Shown: piece by piece, positions 42,586 through 56,974 of the stretch
How positions within the stretch are numbered: position 1 is the stretch's first letter
Layout of the letters: each line of letters begins with the position of its first letter
Notes under the pieces: model-generated
What the model saw: the letters and a program-made list of their open reading frames with translations, nothing else
Told to the model about the DNA's origin: nothing
The model's database searches: none
From: the human T2T-CHM13v2.0 reference genome, Homo sapiens
DNA length: 64,000 bases
Assembly: GCF_009914755.1 (NCBI RefSeq)
Contig: NC_060925.1
Strand: one strand, 5' to 3'
Program-made: the position numbers and the translations under genes

Positions 42586-45500
42586 TTTCTATTATCTCTC
42601 CACATATATAAAGAAGTTAGCTTTATGTTCTTTAACAGTCTGATAGCCTTAGGTCCATTTCTCCTACTTTTACTCCATAATTTTTGAAGGGATTATTAAG
42701 TTTAAATCATTACTACATAAAAATGACAAGAAAGAACAAAAGCTTTTGAACTTTTGTGTTATTCTTGATTCAACTTCTATCTCACATTTTACTACTATGC
42801 ATTTTACACCATTAAACAAAATAGTCCTGGCAAATTAATATTCTGCCATCAAACATGCAAGAAGAAACAGGAATTGTGGGAAGATTTTCCTAGCCTTAAA
42901 TAAATCACTCTAAGTCTCTGTGAATTTCTGCTTCTGTTTTATTCCTGAATATAGGCTTACATTCCATCATTATTCCATAATTTTGCTTAATCAGATAAAT
43001 TATGGGACATTAATGTTGCAGAATTCTTAAGATCATTAGGGAGGATGTTTTAGAAGACTATTTAATATTATTTAAAACATTCAAATTATAGTAAAAGCAT
43101 ATATAAAGCATGACAACATTTTAACATTTATGTATGAAAAGATAAGAAATACCTAAAACATTTTATTAAATGTGATTCTGTTTGGTTGGTGTAATTACAG
43201 ATGATTTTTATTTTCTTATTTTCCTTTTCAAAATATTCTCCAAATGTTACCTATTATTTTGTAAAGACTTAAAATTCTGCTTTGAAAAGCTAACAAGAGA
43301 CAAGTCTGTCCATAGCTCAATTAGTGAGATAATGATCTTTTTCCTTTTAAGCATCTCTGGCCAAACACCAAAGGTGGGGCTGGACGTGAGTAGGAATTGT
43401 TTTATTATTATACCCCAACATTTAATTACCTCCCTATTATAATCTTTCTTGAAGAAAATTCCTAATAATAATCACCATTCCTCCTACCAGTGACATAAAC
43501 ACAGAGAAGCCATAGGCACCCAATAGCCATACATGTCTATGAAACAGTTCACCAAAATTGAGAGATCATACCAGGGTAAAAACATCAGGAATGAGTTTGT
43601 CTACTATCCGAGAGCCAGAAAGACAGTAATCATAAAATTTGTCCGATTATGATGAAATTGGAAGAAATTGATAGTTATTAAGACAGGTGGTAAGGATAAA
43701 AGACCAAGTGATAATAATAGTACCTACCATTAAATTGTCAAAAGAAAAAAATTAAATCAGAAATTGCACATAAAGTACTTAGTACATTATGTACTTAGAC
43801 TTATGACTACAGATAGTACTCATAATAGTAATGTAATACATTGTTAATCAAAGAAATAGAGCCAAAACTTCAAGTTTGAGATGTGTTTGATGGTAAGTTA
43901 TTTGCTTTATCTTTAAGATATTTTATATCATATTTCTTTTAGGTCAGAGCCAGAAGATTTTAGGGGGAAACAAATGAAAATATTTTATTTGAATGAGGTG
44001 TGGTGAAATAATAAGATGGGCTAACCGTGACACTTACTCTTATGTGGTGAAAATGGGAGTTAATCAAAGAAGAAATGTAGAATAAAGTACAGAAACAAGA
44101 TAATTTAATTGTTCTTAGTTATTTGGACTAAGATTGTCTTCTGACTACTGTTAAGTACAAAAATAACTAAATACAATAAATGCAATATGTTAACTGTGTT
44201 AGTTTGCAGAAAATTGACATTGTAAATATTTAGCATTCTGTATAAAAATATATAATGTAATCTCTAATCTAGTTTACTATTACTATGATTAGCTGTTCAG
44301 GACAATAAAAAATTCTCTCACTTAAATATCATATTTATTCTGGTGGCAGATTACTTAAATTTCAGTCTAAGTCCTTATAAGGAACTGAATCATTCATTAG
44401 CATTAACCTTCCCAAAGAAAATAAGGCCTGTAAATTCTAGTTCTATTTTCTCTAAATGTTAGATCAGACTAGTTAAAAGAATAATTTCAAGAGCTATCAG
44501 AAATACAGATGATTTTGTATGCTTTGTGTTAGGGAGATTAAAAACATGGGCTAAGAAATAGAATAAATCTGACACTTCTCCTCTTAAGAATCTTTTTAAG
44601 ACAGTGAATGTGCATGGATTTAAAGTTGCCTCCCTTCACACACACAAAAATAAATAAAGGAAAGCAAGTAAACCGGACAAAATTGTGAAAAACTCTGGAG
44701 TGGAAAAGCAGTTTAAACTCTAACATAGAAGAGGGCTGACAGCATTGTACCATAAGTTAAAGAGAAGTTAAATAAAATATAAACAGAAAAATCAAAACTG
44801 ACTCATGATCTCACAGAACTAAACATAATTTTACCATAGCATCCATCATCATGACTCCTAGAAATTCATGTAACAGATTTCAAAATATGCCCACAAAAAA
44901 TAACCTGGATTCAAATGTTTATAGTAGCTTTATTCATAATTTCCAAGAATTATGATCCACCAAGGTGTCCTTCAGTAGATAAATAGATAAATAAACTGTA
45001 GTATATCACACCCATAGAGTGGAATACTGTACAGTGACAAAATGGAATGACCTATCAAGACTCACAAAGACATGGTTGAATTTTAAATGCAAATTGATAA
45101 GTAACAGAAGGCCGTCTTAAAGACTACATACTTTAAGGTTCCATATATGTGACTTCAGTAAAAGATAAATTTACACATCCAAAGAGTTCAACAAACTCCT
45201 AGTAAAATAAATTCAAAGAGAGCCACACGGAGGCACATTATAATCAAACTATCAAAGAGAGAATATTCAAAGCATCAAGAGATAAGTGAATCTTCATATA
45301 TAAGTGATCCTTAATAAGACTGTTGACCAATTTATCATCAGATGTCTTGGAGATCAGGAGGCAGTGGGATGATATAATGAGAGTGCTGAAAGGAAAAAAT
45401 GGCAACCTAGAATTTCACTTCTGGCAAAATTGTACTTAAAAAATGAGGGCGAAATTATAACATTCTCTAATAATCAAAACCTGAGGCGGTTCATTGCTCC

Positions 45501-46183
45501 TAGATTTCCTGTGTGAGAAATGATAAAGAGAGCCTTTTGATTTGAAGTAAAAGGATGCTAGAGAGAAATTTGAAACTGTATGTAGATATAAAGGTCTCTG
45601 GTAAAAGTACATGGGCAAACGTAAAAGCCAGCATTATTGTAATTTTAGCTTGTAACTCCACTTTTTATTTTCTACAGGATTTAAAATGCAAATTCATAAA
45701 ATATAATTATAAGCCAAAGTTAGTGGACATGCCACGTAGAAAGATGTAATTGGTGAAATCAATAACATAAAAAGGGGATAGACTTTTGTCAGAGTTGAAT
45801 TTTTTATGCATTTACAGTTAAGTTGGTGTTAATTCAAACTAGATAACTGTAACTTTAGGATGTTATATATAATCCCCATTGTAACCCCAAAATAAATATC
45901 TATAGAACATATACAAAAGGAAAAATAAACACAATCAAAAAGTTTTTCTACAAGGATCAACTGAACACAAAATCAAGCAATCATGGAAGAAATGAAGGAC
46001 AAACAATATACAGTAAATGCGGAAGGAAGACCTTCGTCATCAATGATTACTTTAAATGGAATTCCTTGAATGGAGAATTAAACTTTCTAATCAACAAACA
46101 GAGATTGGTGGAATGGATAAAAAAGAAAAAAGATCCAACTCTATGCTATTTAAGAGAGACTCACTTTACATGGAAGACACAAC

Positions 46184-46869
46184 GGTTGCAGAATCAGGAG
46201 AACCAGAAAGACCACGGGGTAAAAGGAGGAGGATTTATTGAATGCACTCAGACCCAGAAGATTAACGTCAGAAGATGTGCCAAGAACAAAGACAGCACTT
46301 AACTTTTATACACACTTTTAAAAGGGGATGGGCTAGCTTGAAGCAGGCTTACAGTGGCGTGAAAGTGAGGATACAGAGGCAGAACAAAGACAGTTAATCA
46401 AATTTTAACAGGTTCATAACTCAGGATTACACATGACTGTTGCTATGTAACCAAGATGGACGTTATCTAGGTTTGCCCTAGTGCCTAGCACAGCTTATTC
46501 CATGACCTTCACTACAGCGCCCAGGTGGCCATAATTCAGGCCTGCTCAGACAGCTCATGTCCTTCACTGTTCCACTTAGACAAAACAGAATACTTGAAGT
46601 TACTAGATACAGAGAACAGGAATCTATAAACTTATACCATAAAAGAAAGGAAAATTTGTTTTTCTCCTCCCTGTGTTGAAAGAGTGCTGGGAGGGTCTCC
46701 AGAGTACATTTCTTTGTGTACTAGCTTCTTAGATAATGTTTATCAAGGCTTTTCCTGGGTCTGGGCTGTGCCTGTTGCTGCCTCTGAGATAAGTCAGCCT
46801 AATACAGGAAAGCTTATTTCTTTTTCTTTTTAATTTTATTTTTCTTTCCTTCCTTAATTTCCCACCTCA
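46184..46869 (-). mobile_element. Solo LTR, probably ERV1 class (family not confidently named)
   Basis: ~690-bp insertion in L1 ORF2, absent from units 1 and 2. Minus strand starts TGAGGTGGGAAATT and has TATAAAA (~46304) and AATAAA (~46234) in LTR order. Imperfect 4-bp TSD caac/caaa. Confidence 0.75.
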
Positions 46870-48497
46870 CAAACAGGGTGAAAGTAATAGGATGGAAAAG
46901 TAAATTCTATGCAAATAGAAGCCAAAAGAGAGCTGAGGTGGCTAAACTAATATTTTGTAAAGCCATACTTCAAGTTAAATACCATTATCAGAGACAAAAA
47001 AAGACATCATATATTGATAAAAGGATCAATTTACCAAGAAGATATAGCTATTATAATCATACATTCACTAAATATCAGAACTCCAATTAATATATGAAGC
47101 TACACTGAAATAAATTTTTTAAATAATTGACAGATCTATAATAAAAGTTGAAAACTTCAATATTTCACTTTCAATAATGACTAGAATGACAGAAGTTTGA
47201 AAAAAAAAAAGATGATTTGCGAAAAAGTATAGACCAATTAGACCTAAGAGGCAAATAGAGAATACTCCACCCACCAACAGCAGAATCCACATTACAGTTT
47301 TCTCAAGAGAACATGGAACACTCCCCAGGATAGATCATATATTATATTATGCTGCAAAACAAGTTAATATATTTTAAAAGACTAAAATCATACAAAGTAC
47401 TTTTCCAGTCATGATGGAATGAAACTAGAAATCTATAATCAAAGAAAAACTGGAAAATTCACAAATTTGTAGAAATTAAACAACACACTCTTTAACAATC
47501 AATGGGTCAGAGAAGAATTCACAGGGAAAATTAAATACTTTGAGACTACTAAAAACAAAAGCATGTCATACCAAAACTTATGGGTTGCAGCAAAACAGTG
47601 CTAACGGAAATTTGTAGCCATAACCACATGCATATTTTAATGAAAACAAACACCTCAAATCATTAACCTCATATTATATCTTAGGAACTTTAAAAAGTAA
47701 AGCATAATAAACCCAAAGCAAGTAAATAAGAGGGAAGAGAGTGAAGATACATAAAACAAAGGACAAGCAATCAATAGGGAAAATCAACAAAACTAAATGC
47801 TATTTATTTGAAAATGTCAACAAAACTGACAAATCTTTAGGTAAATTAAGAGAAAAACAGATGTAAGACTCAAATAAATAAAAATTTTGCAAGTGTGAAA
47901 TTTACAACTGATTTTACAGAAATGAAAAGGATTTTAAGAGAAGACTGAAAAATTCTATGTCAGCATATTGGATAACCCAGTTGAAATGAACAAATTCTTA
48001 GAAATACACTATTTATCAAACCAAATCATGAAGAAATAGAAAATCTGAATAGACTTATAACATGTAAGAAGATTGAATCTCTAATCAAAAACCTCACAGG
48101 AAAAAAGATCTAAAGCAGAAAGATTTACTGGTGAATTATGTATCAATTGTAACTCAAAGCAGGGAATATTTCCTGACTTGTTCTGAGACCAGCCTTCCCT
48201 GGATACAAAAAGACACTATAAGAAATGAAAACTACAGATCAATATTTCTCATAACATTAATGCAAAAAATCCTCAAATAAATTTCATGCACCAAATTTAG
48301 CAACATAATTAAAAAGGATTATACAACATGACCAACTGTGATTCACTCCCCAATCCAGGAATTGCTCAGCATAAGAAAATCAATTAAGGTGATATACCAA
48401 ATTATCAGCAGAAGAAAAAAAAAAGATGATCCTCTCAATCAGTGCAGGAAGAGCATTTCATAAAATTCAACCTTGTTTCATAATTAAAAAAAAAAAC

Positions 48498-48794
48498 TGC
48501 CAGGCACAATGGCTCACGTCTTAATCCCAGCCCTTTGGGAGACTGAGGTGGGTGGATTGTTTGAGGCCAGGACTTTGAGACCATCCTGGGCAACATAGTG
48601 AAACCTCATCTTTACCAAAAATACAAAAATTAGCCAGGGGGTGGTGGCATACACTTGTAGTCTCTGCTACTCAGGAGGCTGAGGTGGGAGGATTGCTTGA
48701 GCCCAGGAGGTCAAGACTTCAGTGAGTTGAGATAGTGCCACTGCACTCCAGCCTGGGCAATAGAACAAGACCCTGTCTTAAAACAAACAAAAAA
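48498..48794 (+). mobile_element. AluJ-like element
   Basis: GGATTGCTTGAGCCCAGGAGGTCAAG and AGACCCTGTCT J-type features. Confidence 0.85.
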
Positions 48795-49194
<400 letters not shown>

Positions 49195-49554
49195 TCAAAA
49201 GCTTTTCCTTTAAGATCAAAAACAAGATGGGGATGCCCACTTTCTCAACTTCTAGTCAACATACTATTGAAAGTTCTAGTCAGTGCAATTAAGTAAGAAA
49301 AAATAAAAGGCATCCAAGTTGGAAAAGAAGAAATAAAATATTTCTGTTGACAGATAATATAATCTTGCATGTAAAAAAACTCTAAAATATTATCCCAAAA
49401 TCCCCATTAGAGCTAATAAACATATTAAGAAAAATGAAGATTTGCTTCAATAAAGTTTTCTTCTATACTACCAACTCCTACACATAAATAAGAAAAAAAA
49501 TCCTAATAAAAATTATGTAAAAGGCATGGGAAATTTTTTACAAATAAAGAAACA

Positions 49555-52500
49555 GTCAAGTGAAATACAGGGGAGAGGAAGCAGCAGAAAGAGCCCTGTG
49601 GACACTCTCAGTCCCCAAGGAAGACATTTCTGACTTTGTCTCACAGGAGTCCTTGAGGAGGGCTGCCAGTGGAAGTGGGGAAAGACCACAGACAGAAGGA
49701 AACTTCCAGCTGAACTTTGTAACAATTTCAACTGAACATGAAGTTTCCTGGACGGAACCCGGGGGAGGGGGTGAATGTGAGCACAGCAGCTGCAGCAGAC
49801 AGGGAGGTGTGAAACCTGAGAGCCCTGCTTACTTTCTCAGCAGGAAGGCTTGTAGCCAGAGGCAAATTCTCAGCCCTGCTCACCTGCTGCCTGGAAGTAA
49901 ACCCAGTGCTATTAGGGAGGCACAGTGGGAGTGAGTGAGACCAGTTTTTCAGGCTGCATGGGAGCTGAATGAGGCCTGTAACTGCTGGCTTTCCCCCACT
50001 TCCCTGGTGACCTGTACAACACAGCAGAGGCAGCCATAATACCCCTGGGAACATAACTCCATTGGCCTGAGAACCACACCTCATCCCCACACAGCAGCTG
50101 CAGCAAGCCTCACCCAAGAAGAGTGTGAGCTAAGACATGACTAATCCTACCCTAACCTGATGGTCTTTCCCTACCCACACTGGTAGCCGAAGACAAAGGA
50201 CATAATCTCTTGGAAGTTCTCTGGCCCTGCCCACTGCCTGAGAAAACGAAATACTTATCTGGTATCGGGGGAAATTCACCCCAGATATTTCACATAGGTT
50301 CTTTTCTATTTTCCCTAAGTGTCAGCTTGTCTGAGAAATAAAGGGACAGAGTACAAAAGAGGGAAATTTTAAAGCTGGGTATCTGGGGGAGACATCACAT
50401 GTCAGCAGGTTCCGTGATGCCCCCTGAGCTGTAAAACCAGCCAGTTTTTATTAGGGATTTTCAAAAGGGGAGGGAGTATACGAATAGGGTGTGGGTCACA
50501 GAGATCACATGCTTCACAAGGTAATAAAATATCACAAGGCAAATGGAGGTAGGGTGAGATCACAGGACCCCCAGGACCAGGGCAAAATTAAAATTGCTAA
50601 TGAAGTTTTGGGCATGCATTGTCATTGATAACATCTTATCAGGAGACAGGGTTTGAGAGCAGACAACCAGTCTGACCAAAATTTATTAGGCAGGAATTTC
50701 CTTGTCCTGATAAGCCTGGGAGCGCTATGGGAGACCGGGGCTTATTTCACCCCTTAACAACAACCATAAAAGACAGCCATCCCAAAGCGTCCATTACAGA
50801 GGCCTCCCCTTAGGGACGCATTCTCTTTCTCAGGGATGTTCCTTGCTGAGAAAAAGAATTCAGCGATGTTTCTCCTATTTGCGTTTGAAAGGAGAGAAAT
50901 ATGGCTCTGTTCCGCCTGGCTCACAGGCAGCCAGAGTTTAAGGTTATCTCCCTTGTTCCCTGAACATTGCTGTTATCCTGTTCTTTTTTCAAGGTGCCCA
51001 GATTTCATATTGTTCAAACACACATGCTCTACAAAACATTTGTGCAGTTAACGCAATCATCACAGGGTCCTGAGGCAACATACATCCTCCTCAGTTTACA
51101 AAGATGACAGGATTAAGAGATTAAACTAAAGACAGGCATAGGAAATCATAAGGGTATTGATTGGGGAAGTGATAAGTGTCCACAAAATCTTCACAATTTA
51201 TGTTCAGAGATTGCAGTAAAGACAGGTGTAAGAAATTATAAAAGTATTAATTTGGGGAACTAATAAATGTCCATGAAATCTTCACAATTTATGTTATTCT
51301 GCCATGGCTTCAGTCGGTCCCTCCATTCGGGGTCCCTGACTTCCTGTAACAATCCAGGCAACCCTGGGGCAAGCTTGTATCTCCCCTATACTACTGCAGC
51401 TGATGCTGTCTGGAAAGTGCCACCTCCTGTTTGGAGGCCAACAAAACACAAAACCAGCATGCTAAACAAAACTACAAGTAAGGACCCTCACAGAGTCTAC
51501 TTCACTCCTCTGCTACCTCCACTAGAGCAAGTGCTGGTATCCATGGCTGAGAGACCTGAAGGTGGATCACATTACAGGACCCTGCAGACACTCCCCAGTA
51601 CCAGGCTGGAGCCCAGTAGGTCTGCTGGGTGGCTAGATCTAGAAGAGAGATAACAATCACTGCAGTTTGGCTCTCAGGAAGCCACATCTCTAGTGGAAGT
51701 AGGAGAGCACCAAATCAAGGCAGCACCCCATGGGACAAAAGAATCTGAACAGCAGCCCTTGAGCTCCAGATCTTCCCTCTGACATGATCTACCCAAGTGA
51801 GAAGTAATCAAAACAATTCTGGTAACATATCAAAACAAGGTTCTTTAACACCCCCAAAAGATCACACTAGCTCACCAACAATGGATACAAACCAAGAAAA
51901 AAATCTCTGAATTGCCAGAAAAAGAATTCAGAAGCTTGATTATTAAGCTACTCAAGGAGGCACCAGAGACAGGTGAATACCAACTTAAAGAAATTTGTAA
52001 AGCGTTACAGGATATGGATTAAAAAATCTCCAGAGAAACATATAGCATAATTAAAAAACAATCACAACTTCTGGAAATGAAGGACACATTAAGAGAAATG
52101 TAAAATACAATGGAAATTCCCAGCAATAGAATTGAACAAGTAGAAGCAAGAACTTCAGAGCTCAAAGACAGGGCTTTTGAATTAACCCAATCCAACAAAC
52201 AGAAAGAAAAAAGAATTTTAAAAAATGAGCACAGCCTTCAAGAAGTTTGGGATTATGTTAAATTACCAAACCTAAGAATAATTTGTGCTCCCAAGGAAAA
52301 AGAGGAATCTAAAAATTTGGAAAACATATTTGAGGGAATAATCCAGGAAAACCCCCCTGGCCTTACTAGAGATCTAGACATGCAAATACAAGAAGCTCAA
52401 AGAACACCTGAGAAGTTGATTGCCAAAAGATCATCACCTAGACACATAGCCATCAGGTTATCTAAAGTCAAAACAAGAAAGAATCTTAAGAGCTGTGAGG

Positions 52501-52953
52501 CAAGAGCATCGGGTAACCTACAAAGGAAAACCTATCAGGTTAACAGCAGATTTCTCAGTAGAAACACTACAAGCTAGAAGGGATTGGGGTTCTATCTTTA
52601 GCCTCCTTAAACAAAATAATTATCAGCCAAGAATTTTGTATCCAGCAAAACTAATCTTCATAAGTGAAGTCTTTTGCAGACAAATGCTGAGAAAATTCAC
52701 CACTACCAAGCCAGCACTACAAGAACTGCTAAAAGGAGCTCTCAATCTTGAAACAAATCCTCAAAATATACCAAAATAGAATCTAATCTCCTTAAAGCAC
52801 AAATCTCACAGGACATATAAAACAACACAATGAAGAAAAAAAAGGTATTCAGGCAACAAATAGCATGATGAATAGAATAGTATCTCACATCTCGATACTA
52901 ACATAGAATGTAAATGGCCTAAATGCTCCACTTAAAAGATACAGAATGGCAGA
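49555..52953 (+). mobile_element. L1PB-like 5' UTR, ORF1 and first bases of ORF2, truncated; interrupted by MER11
   Basis: ORF1 peptides (SLQEVWDYVKLPNLRII, TYKGKPIRLTADFSVETLQARRDW). Ends abruptly after aatgtaaatggcctaaatgctccacttaaaagatacaga. Confidence 0.82.
50263..51351 (-). mobile_element. MER11 solo LTR (HERV-K HML-8)
   Basis: Minus strand starts TGTTACAGGAAGTCAGGGACCCCGAATGGAGGGACC with repeated AACATAAATTGTGAAGATTT. ~1.09 kb, 6-bp TSD atctgg/atccag. Confidence 0.92.
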
Positions 52954-52960
52954 TTTTAGA

Positions 52961-53059
52961 CCAAATCTATGTAGGTTACAAATGGGAGCAGTTTTATCAG
53001 CAGTCAGGTAGACAGGCTGCTGATAAAACTGCTCCCATTTGTAACCTACATAGATTTGG
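52961..53059. repeat. Perfect inverted repeat, 43-bp arms and 13-nt loop
   Basis: 52961-53003 is the exact reverse complement of 53017-53059. Confidence 0.97.
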
Positions 53060-54759
53060 CTTCTTTAAAGGTCACAAATGGTTTTAGCTGGGGATGAAAT
53101 GCCTTCCCTTAGCCTTCTTCACATTAGTAAACATAAGAGCACCCTGCCTTACAGTCATAACCAGGACCCTTGGAGCTTTGATAAAAACTGCACTGTCTTA
53201 TACCACCAAGAATCTTCCAGAAACTCAAGAAATTCTCCATCTAATTAGGTCTGCAAGGGGCTTGGTCTTTGGCTGGTAAGATGGAGGTTTTCTGTTCGTA
53301 TCTGCTGAAGTATGGTACAGTATTAAGTCTTACAGGTCTTCCACAAGCTGACTTATCTTGATTGCTCCAAACATTAAAGGGCAAATAGAGTTTGGCTTAT
53401 TACTTCCCATCTTTTCTCATGCTATCTTCAAAAAGTTCTATCCATTAACCTCATCATTTAGTATGCCAATGAGCAATTATATTTATGTACTTTTATTAAC
53501 TATTTTTTGAATATATTTTGGTTATTTTGGTTAAATATATTTTGGTTATTAATAATGGTGAGATGTTCTTCATTAGGTTGTGATTAACTTTGCATTATTA
53601 TTAACTACCTTTCATTTAAGAAGTTCACTATGAATTATCATTGCTTCAAAATGTTATTGATGTTCATATTTGTTAACATTGTTCCCAGTTAGCACACAAT
53701 TTGAAGGGATTAAGTGTCATCTGTGTAATTTTTATTTTCTCCATAAAATAGAGCAGCAGATAGAACAGAGAAAATATCAGGCAGGTCCTCAAGAGACCTT
53801 AGTTCTGGCCCCAGGTCAATCATTGAGAAGCAGGGTCTCCTTGGCCAGTCTTGCCCAGGATCTTTTTCTGAGCAATGGAGATGAGGTGTAGGTGAGGATG
53901 ACACAGGAGTTTTCACTGACCCTGCTCCAGTCTCAATGACTCTACACATTTTCTTCCTCTCACAGAGCCTTCTCTATAGTCTATGATCCCTTTTCTTTAA
54001 ATGCTCATTTCTTGCCTAAACCTTGAGAGCATCTCTCATTAGGATTCATTACAGAATGGGATTCTGGCTTTTCAGCACTCTTCTACTTTGCTGCCCTCAG
54101 AATGAAGACTAGAGTTCTTTTTTTTTCAAGATTTAACTATTTTTCATTCTTGTATAGAAAAATAAAATGTAAACCAAAATCCCAAGCATTCCTTCATTGA
54201 CAAATTGATAAGCCACATGTGCTCTACAACAAAGATCATGACTATATCCCTGCCTTTTCACATACTTGCAGGCTAGTGAGAGAGACAGACCACAACAGCA
54301 CAGGTTATAACAAGTATTTCCTGAGATGGCTGCTAGGGACCTCTGCTCTCTGCTTCCGTTCTGGAGAATGTGATCTTCCTGCTTTCAGCTAATAACTCCT
54401 GATCAATCCTTCTTTTGTCATGGGCTTTCTCCCAACACCTAACACTGCGGTTGCAACTATTCCAAAACAATAGGTTCCAACTAATTTCCCCTCAGGCACC
54501 TATTATAACTTGTATTTCTCAGCTTTTTTATTTTCTTATAGTTTCCAACACTTAACGAGACACTTAATGGAGTTGATTTAGAATAGTATGAAAATGCTTT
54601 TGGAATGGGCAAATCACCTGACCATCCAGGGGAAGCTGATCTAAGGGTAGACCTGTGTCAGCTAGAAATCAAGCACAGAATAAAATATATTAACTATAAG
54701 GAAACATTTTGACTCAATCTTGACCTTTTCCCATTTTCACACATATTTTTAAATCAGTT

Positions 54760-56500
54760 TATTTAGTTGGGTTTTTAATTAGGATTTGGTTTAAATCCAG
54801 ACATCAACGTGGGAGAAAGTTGATGCTTCCACAATTTTGAGTCATGAATTCACACACATGGTTGTCACTCTATTTCTACACAAGAAAATGTTGCACAAAT
54901 TTTGTTAGATTTATTTCTATGTCCTTCACATATTTTTACACATTGATTCATATTATACAATTTTATTTTCTAAGTGTTTGCTCTAACATGCAGGAACAGA
55001 GTTGTTTTGGTTCCTGATTTTGAATCCAGCACTTTTTTAAACCCTCATATTAATTATAATAGTTTATTTGTAATTCTTTTACATTTTAATCTACAGATTA
55101 TCTTTTACAAATAGTAATAATTATTTTTATTTTGTTGTTTTTGGTTGCTATTATTGTTTACCTTTCTAATCCCTATTCTTTGCATTTCTTTTCTCTTACC
55201 TTAACTGCATTGTTGAGCACCTTCAGCACAATTTTGAGTAGACACAGGGAGAACACCCATGTGGATAAAGCTTTCACTAGATGACCAATAAGAATAATAT
55301 TTGTGATAGGCTTTTTGTAGGTGTCTCTTGTTTAGATTAAATAAAATCTTTTCCAGTGCTAGTTTACTAAGCACTTTTTTCTTTTTTCTTTTTTTTTTTT
55401 TTTTTTTTGGCTAAACCATGAATAGAGGTTGATTTTTATCAATCATTTCATTCTTTTTTTTTTTTTGAGACAGAGTCTCACGCTGTTGTGGTGCAATCTC
55501 AGCTCACTGCAACCTCCGCCTCCTGGGTTCAAACAATTCTCCTACCTCAGCCTCCTGAGTAGCTGGGACTACAGGCACCTGCCACCAGGCCCAGCTGATT
55601 TTTGTATTTTTTGCATTTTTAGTAGAGACAGGGTTTCACCATGTTGGCCAGGCTGGTCTAGAACTCCTGGCCTCAAGTTATCTGCCCGCCTCAGCCTCCC
55701 AAAGCGCTGAGATTACAGGCATGAGTCACTGCACCTAGCCAATCATTTTATTCTACTGCATGAAAGGATCATCTGATTTTTTTTCTTTCATCTTTTATGT
55801 TCTGAAAAACATCCTGGTCAGGTATGGAATCGCAGTTTTGTTAGCCCCATATCAGGAATTGTTGAATATGCTTTTTTTACTTTTACATAACAATTTATAA
55901 TTAATTGAAAGTTTGAAATTATTTCTTCTTTTAATATATGTGGTAGATCAATGGTAAAACCTTCTGGTCCAGAATTTTCCATACAAAAGTATGTTTTAGT
56001 ACTACTTCAATTATATTTAGTTACTGGGTAGTTCAGTATTTTGTTTCTTTCTGAGTTCATTTTTTTAAGTTAGCTGTTTAATTAAATTGTCTATTTTATA
56101 TAAATTTTCTAATCTATTATCATAAAATTGTTCTTAATATCTTCCTGTTATCTTTATAATTTCTGCTCCCTTTATATGTTCCTTTTTCATTCCTGATGGT
56201 GACCTTCAATCTAATCAGATATATGACACTTTGATTTATTTATTTTCTCCAAAGTGTGCTTTGTACTTCTTTCCTTTCTATTTTCATCTTTATTATTTTT
56301 TACCTTAGCATTTACTTTCCTTTGCCTTCTCTAAAATTATAAGATGAGAACTTTACTTAATATTGTACCTTTTACTTTTCTGACATAAGTATTTAATGGT
56401 ATTCAATTTTTCTAGAAGTAACTTTAGCTACTTTCCACACGTTTGATAAATAACTTAAGATGCCATTTTCATTAAAATACCCCGGTGTTTTCGGTATCTG
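54760..56500 (-). mobile_element. Highly degraded old L1M (antisense)
   Basis: T-rich with antisense ORF2-like motifs (tttccagtgctagtttactaagca, ggtaaaaccttctggtcc). Boundaries vague. Confidence 0.5.
55455..55740 (-). mobile_element. AluS with a small internal deletion
   Basis: Antisense Alu flanked by TSD aatcattt(c/t)attct. Lacks the cccaggctggagtgca segment. Confidence 0.9.
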
Positions 56501-56750
56501 TCTGTCATCATAACTCTTATGATTTCTAGTCTGTTTTAAAATTGCATTCCCAAGAAGAGAAAGCCTATTTCTCCACACACAGTAATAAAGTGAGAAATTT
56601 TCAAAATACAAAGTAGTGTTTTAGTCGTGAGCAAAACAAACTAATGACTAACAGAGAGTTTAGAGAGCTGAACCAAGACTTGAACTCTGTAGATCTAAAT
56701 TCTGTAAAGGAATGTGGGTTTTGTCTTAAATGAGCTTTGTGAACGCTGAA

Positions 56751-56974
56751 TATAAGGGGCTTCCCCTTTAACTTGCCTCTCATTCTTCTCCTTCCTGCCA
56801 CCATATGAAGAAGGACATGTTTGCTTTTTCCTTCCACCACGATTGTAAGTTTTCTAAGGCCTCCCCAGTCCTGCAGAACTGTGAGTCGGTTAAGTCTTTT
56901 ATAATTTCTCTTTCCTTTATAAATTATCCAGTCTCAGCTCTTTCTTCATGGAAGCATGAGAACGGACTAATACA
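56751..56974 (+). mobile_element. THE1 (MaLR) LTR 3' half
   Basis: tataaggggcttcccc...ccttccaccacgattgtaagttt...gaactgtgagtc...gagaacggactaataca. Confidence 0.85.

Larger units (their letters stand above)
42046..48295. repeat. Partial, more diverged unit 3 (upstream flank of SPRR2F)
   Basis: Aligns to 23021-29245 with visibly more substitutions. Homology ends where units 1 and 2 carry the long L1 5' UTR. Confidence 0.85.
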
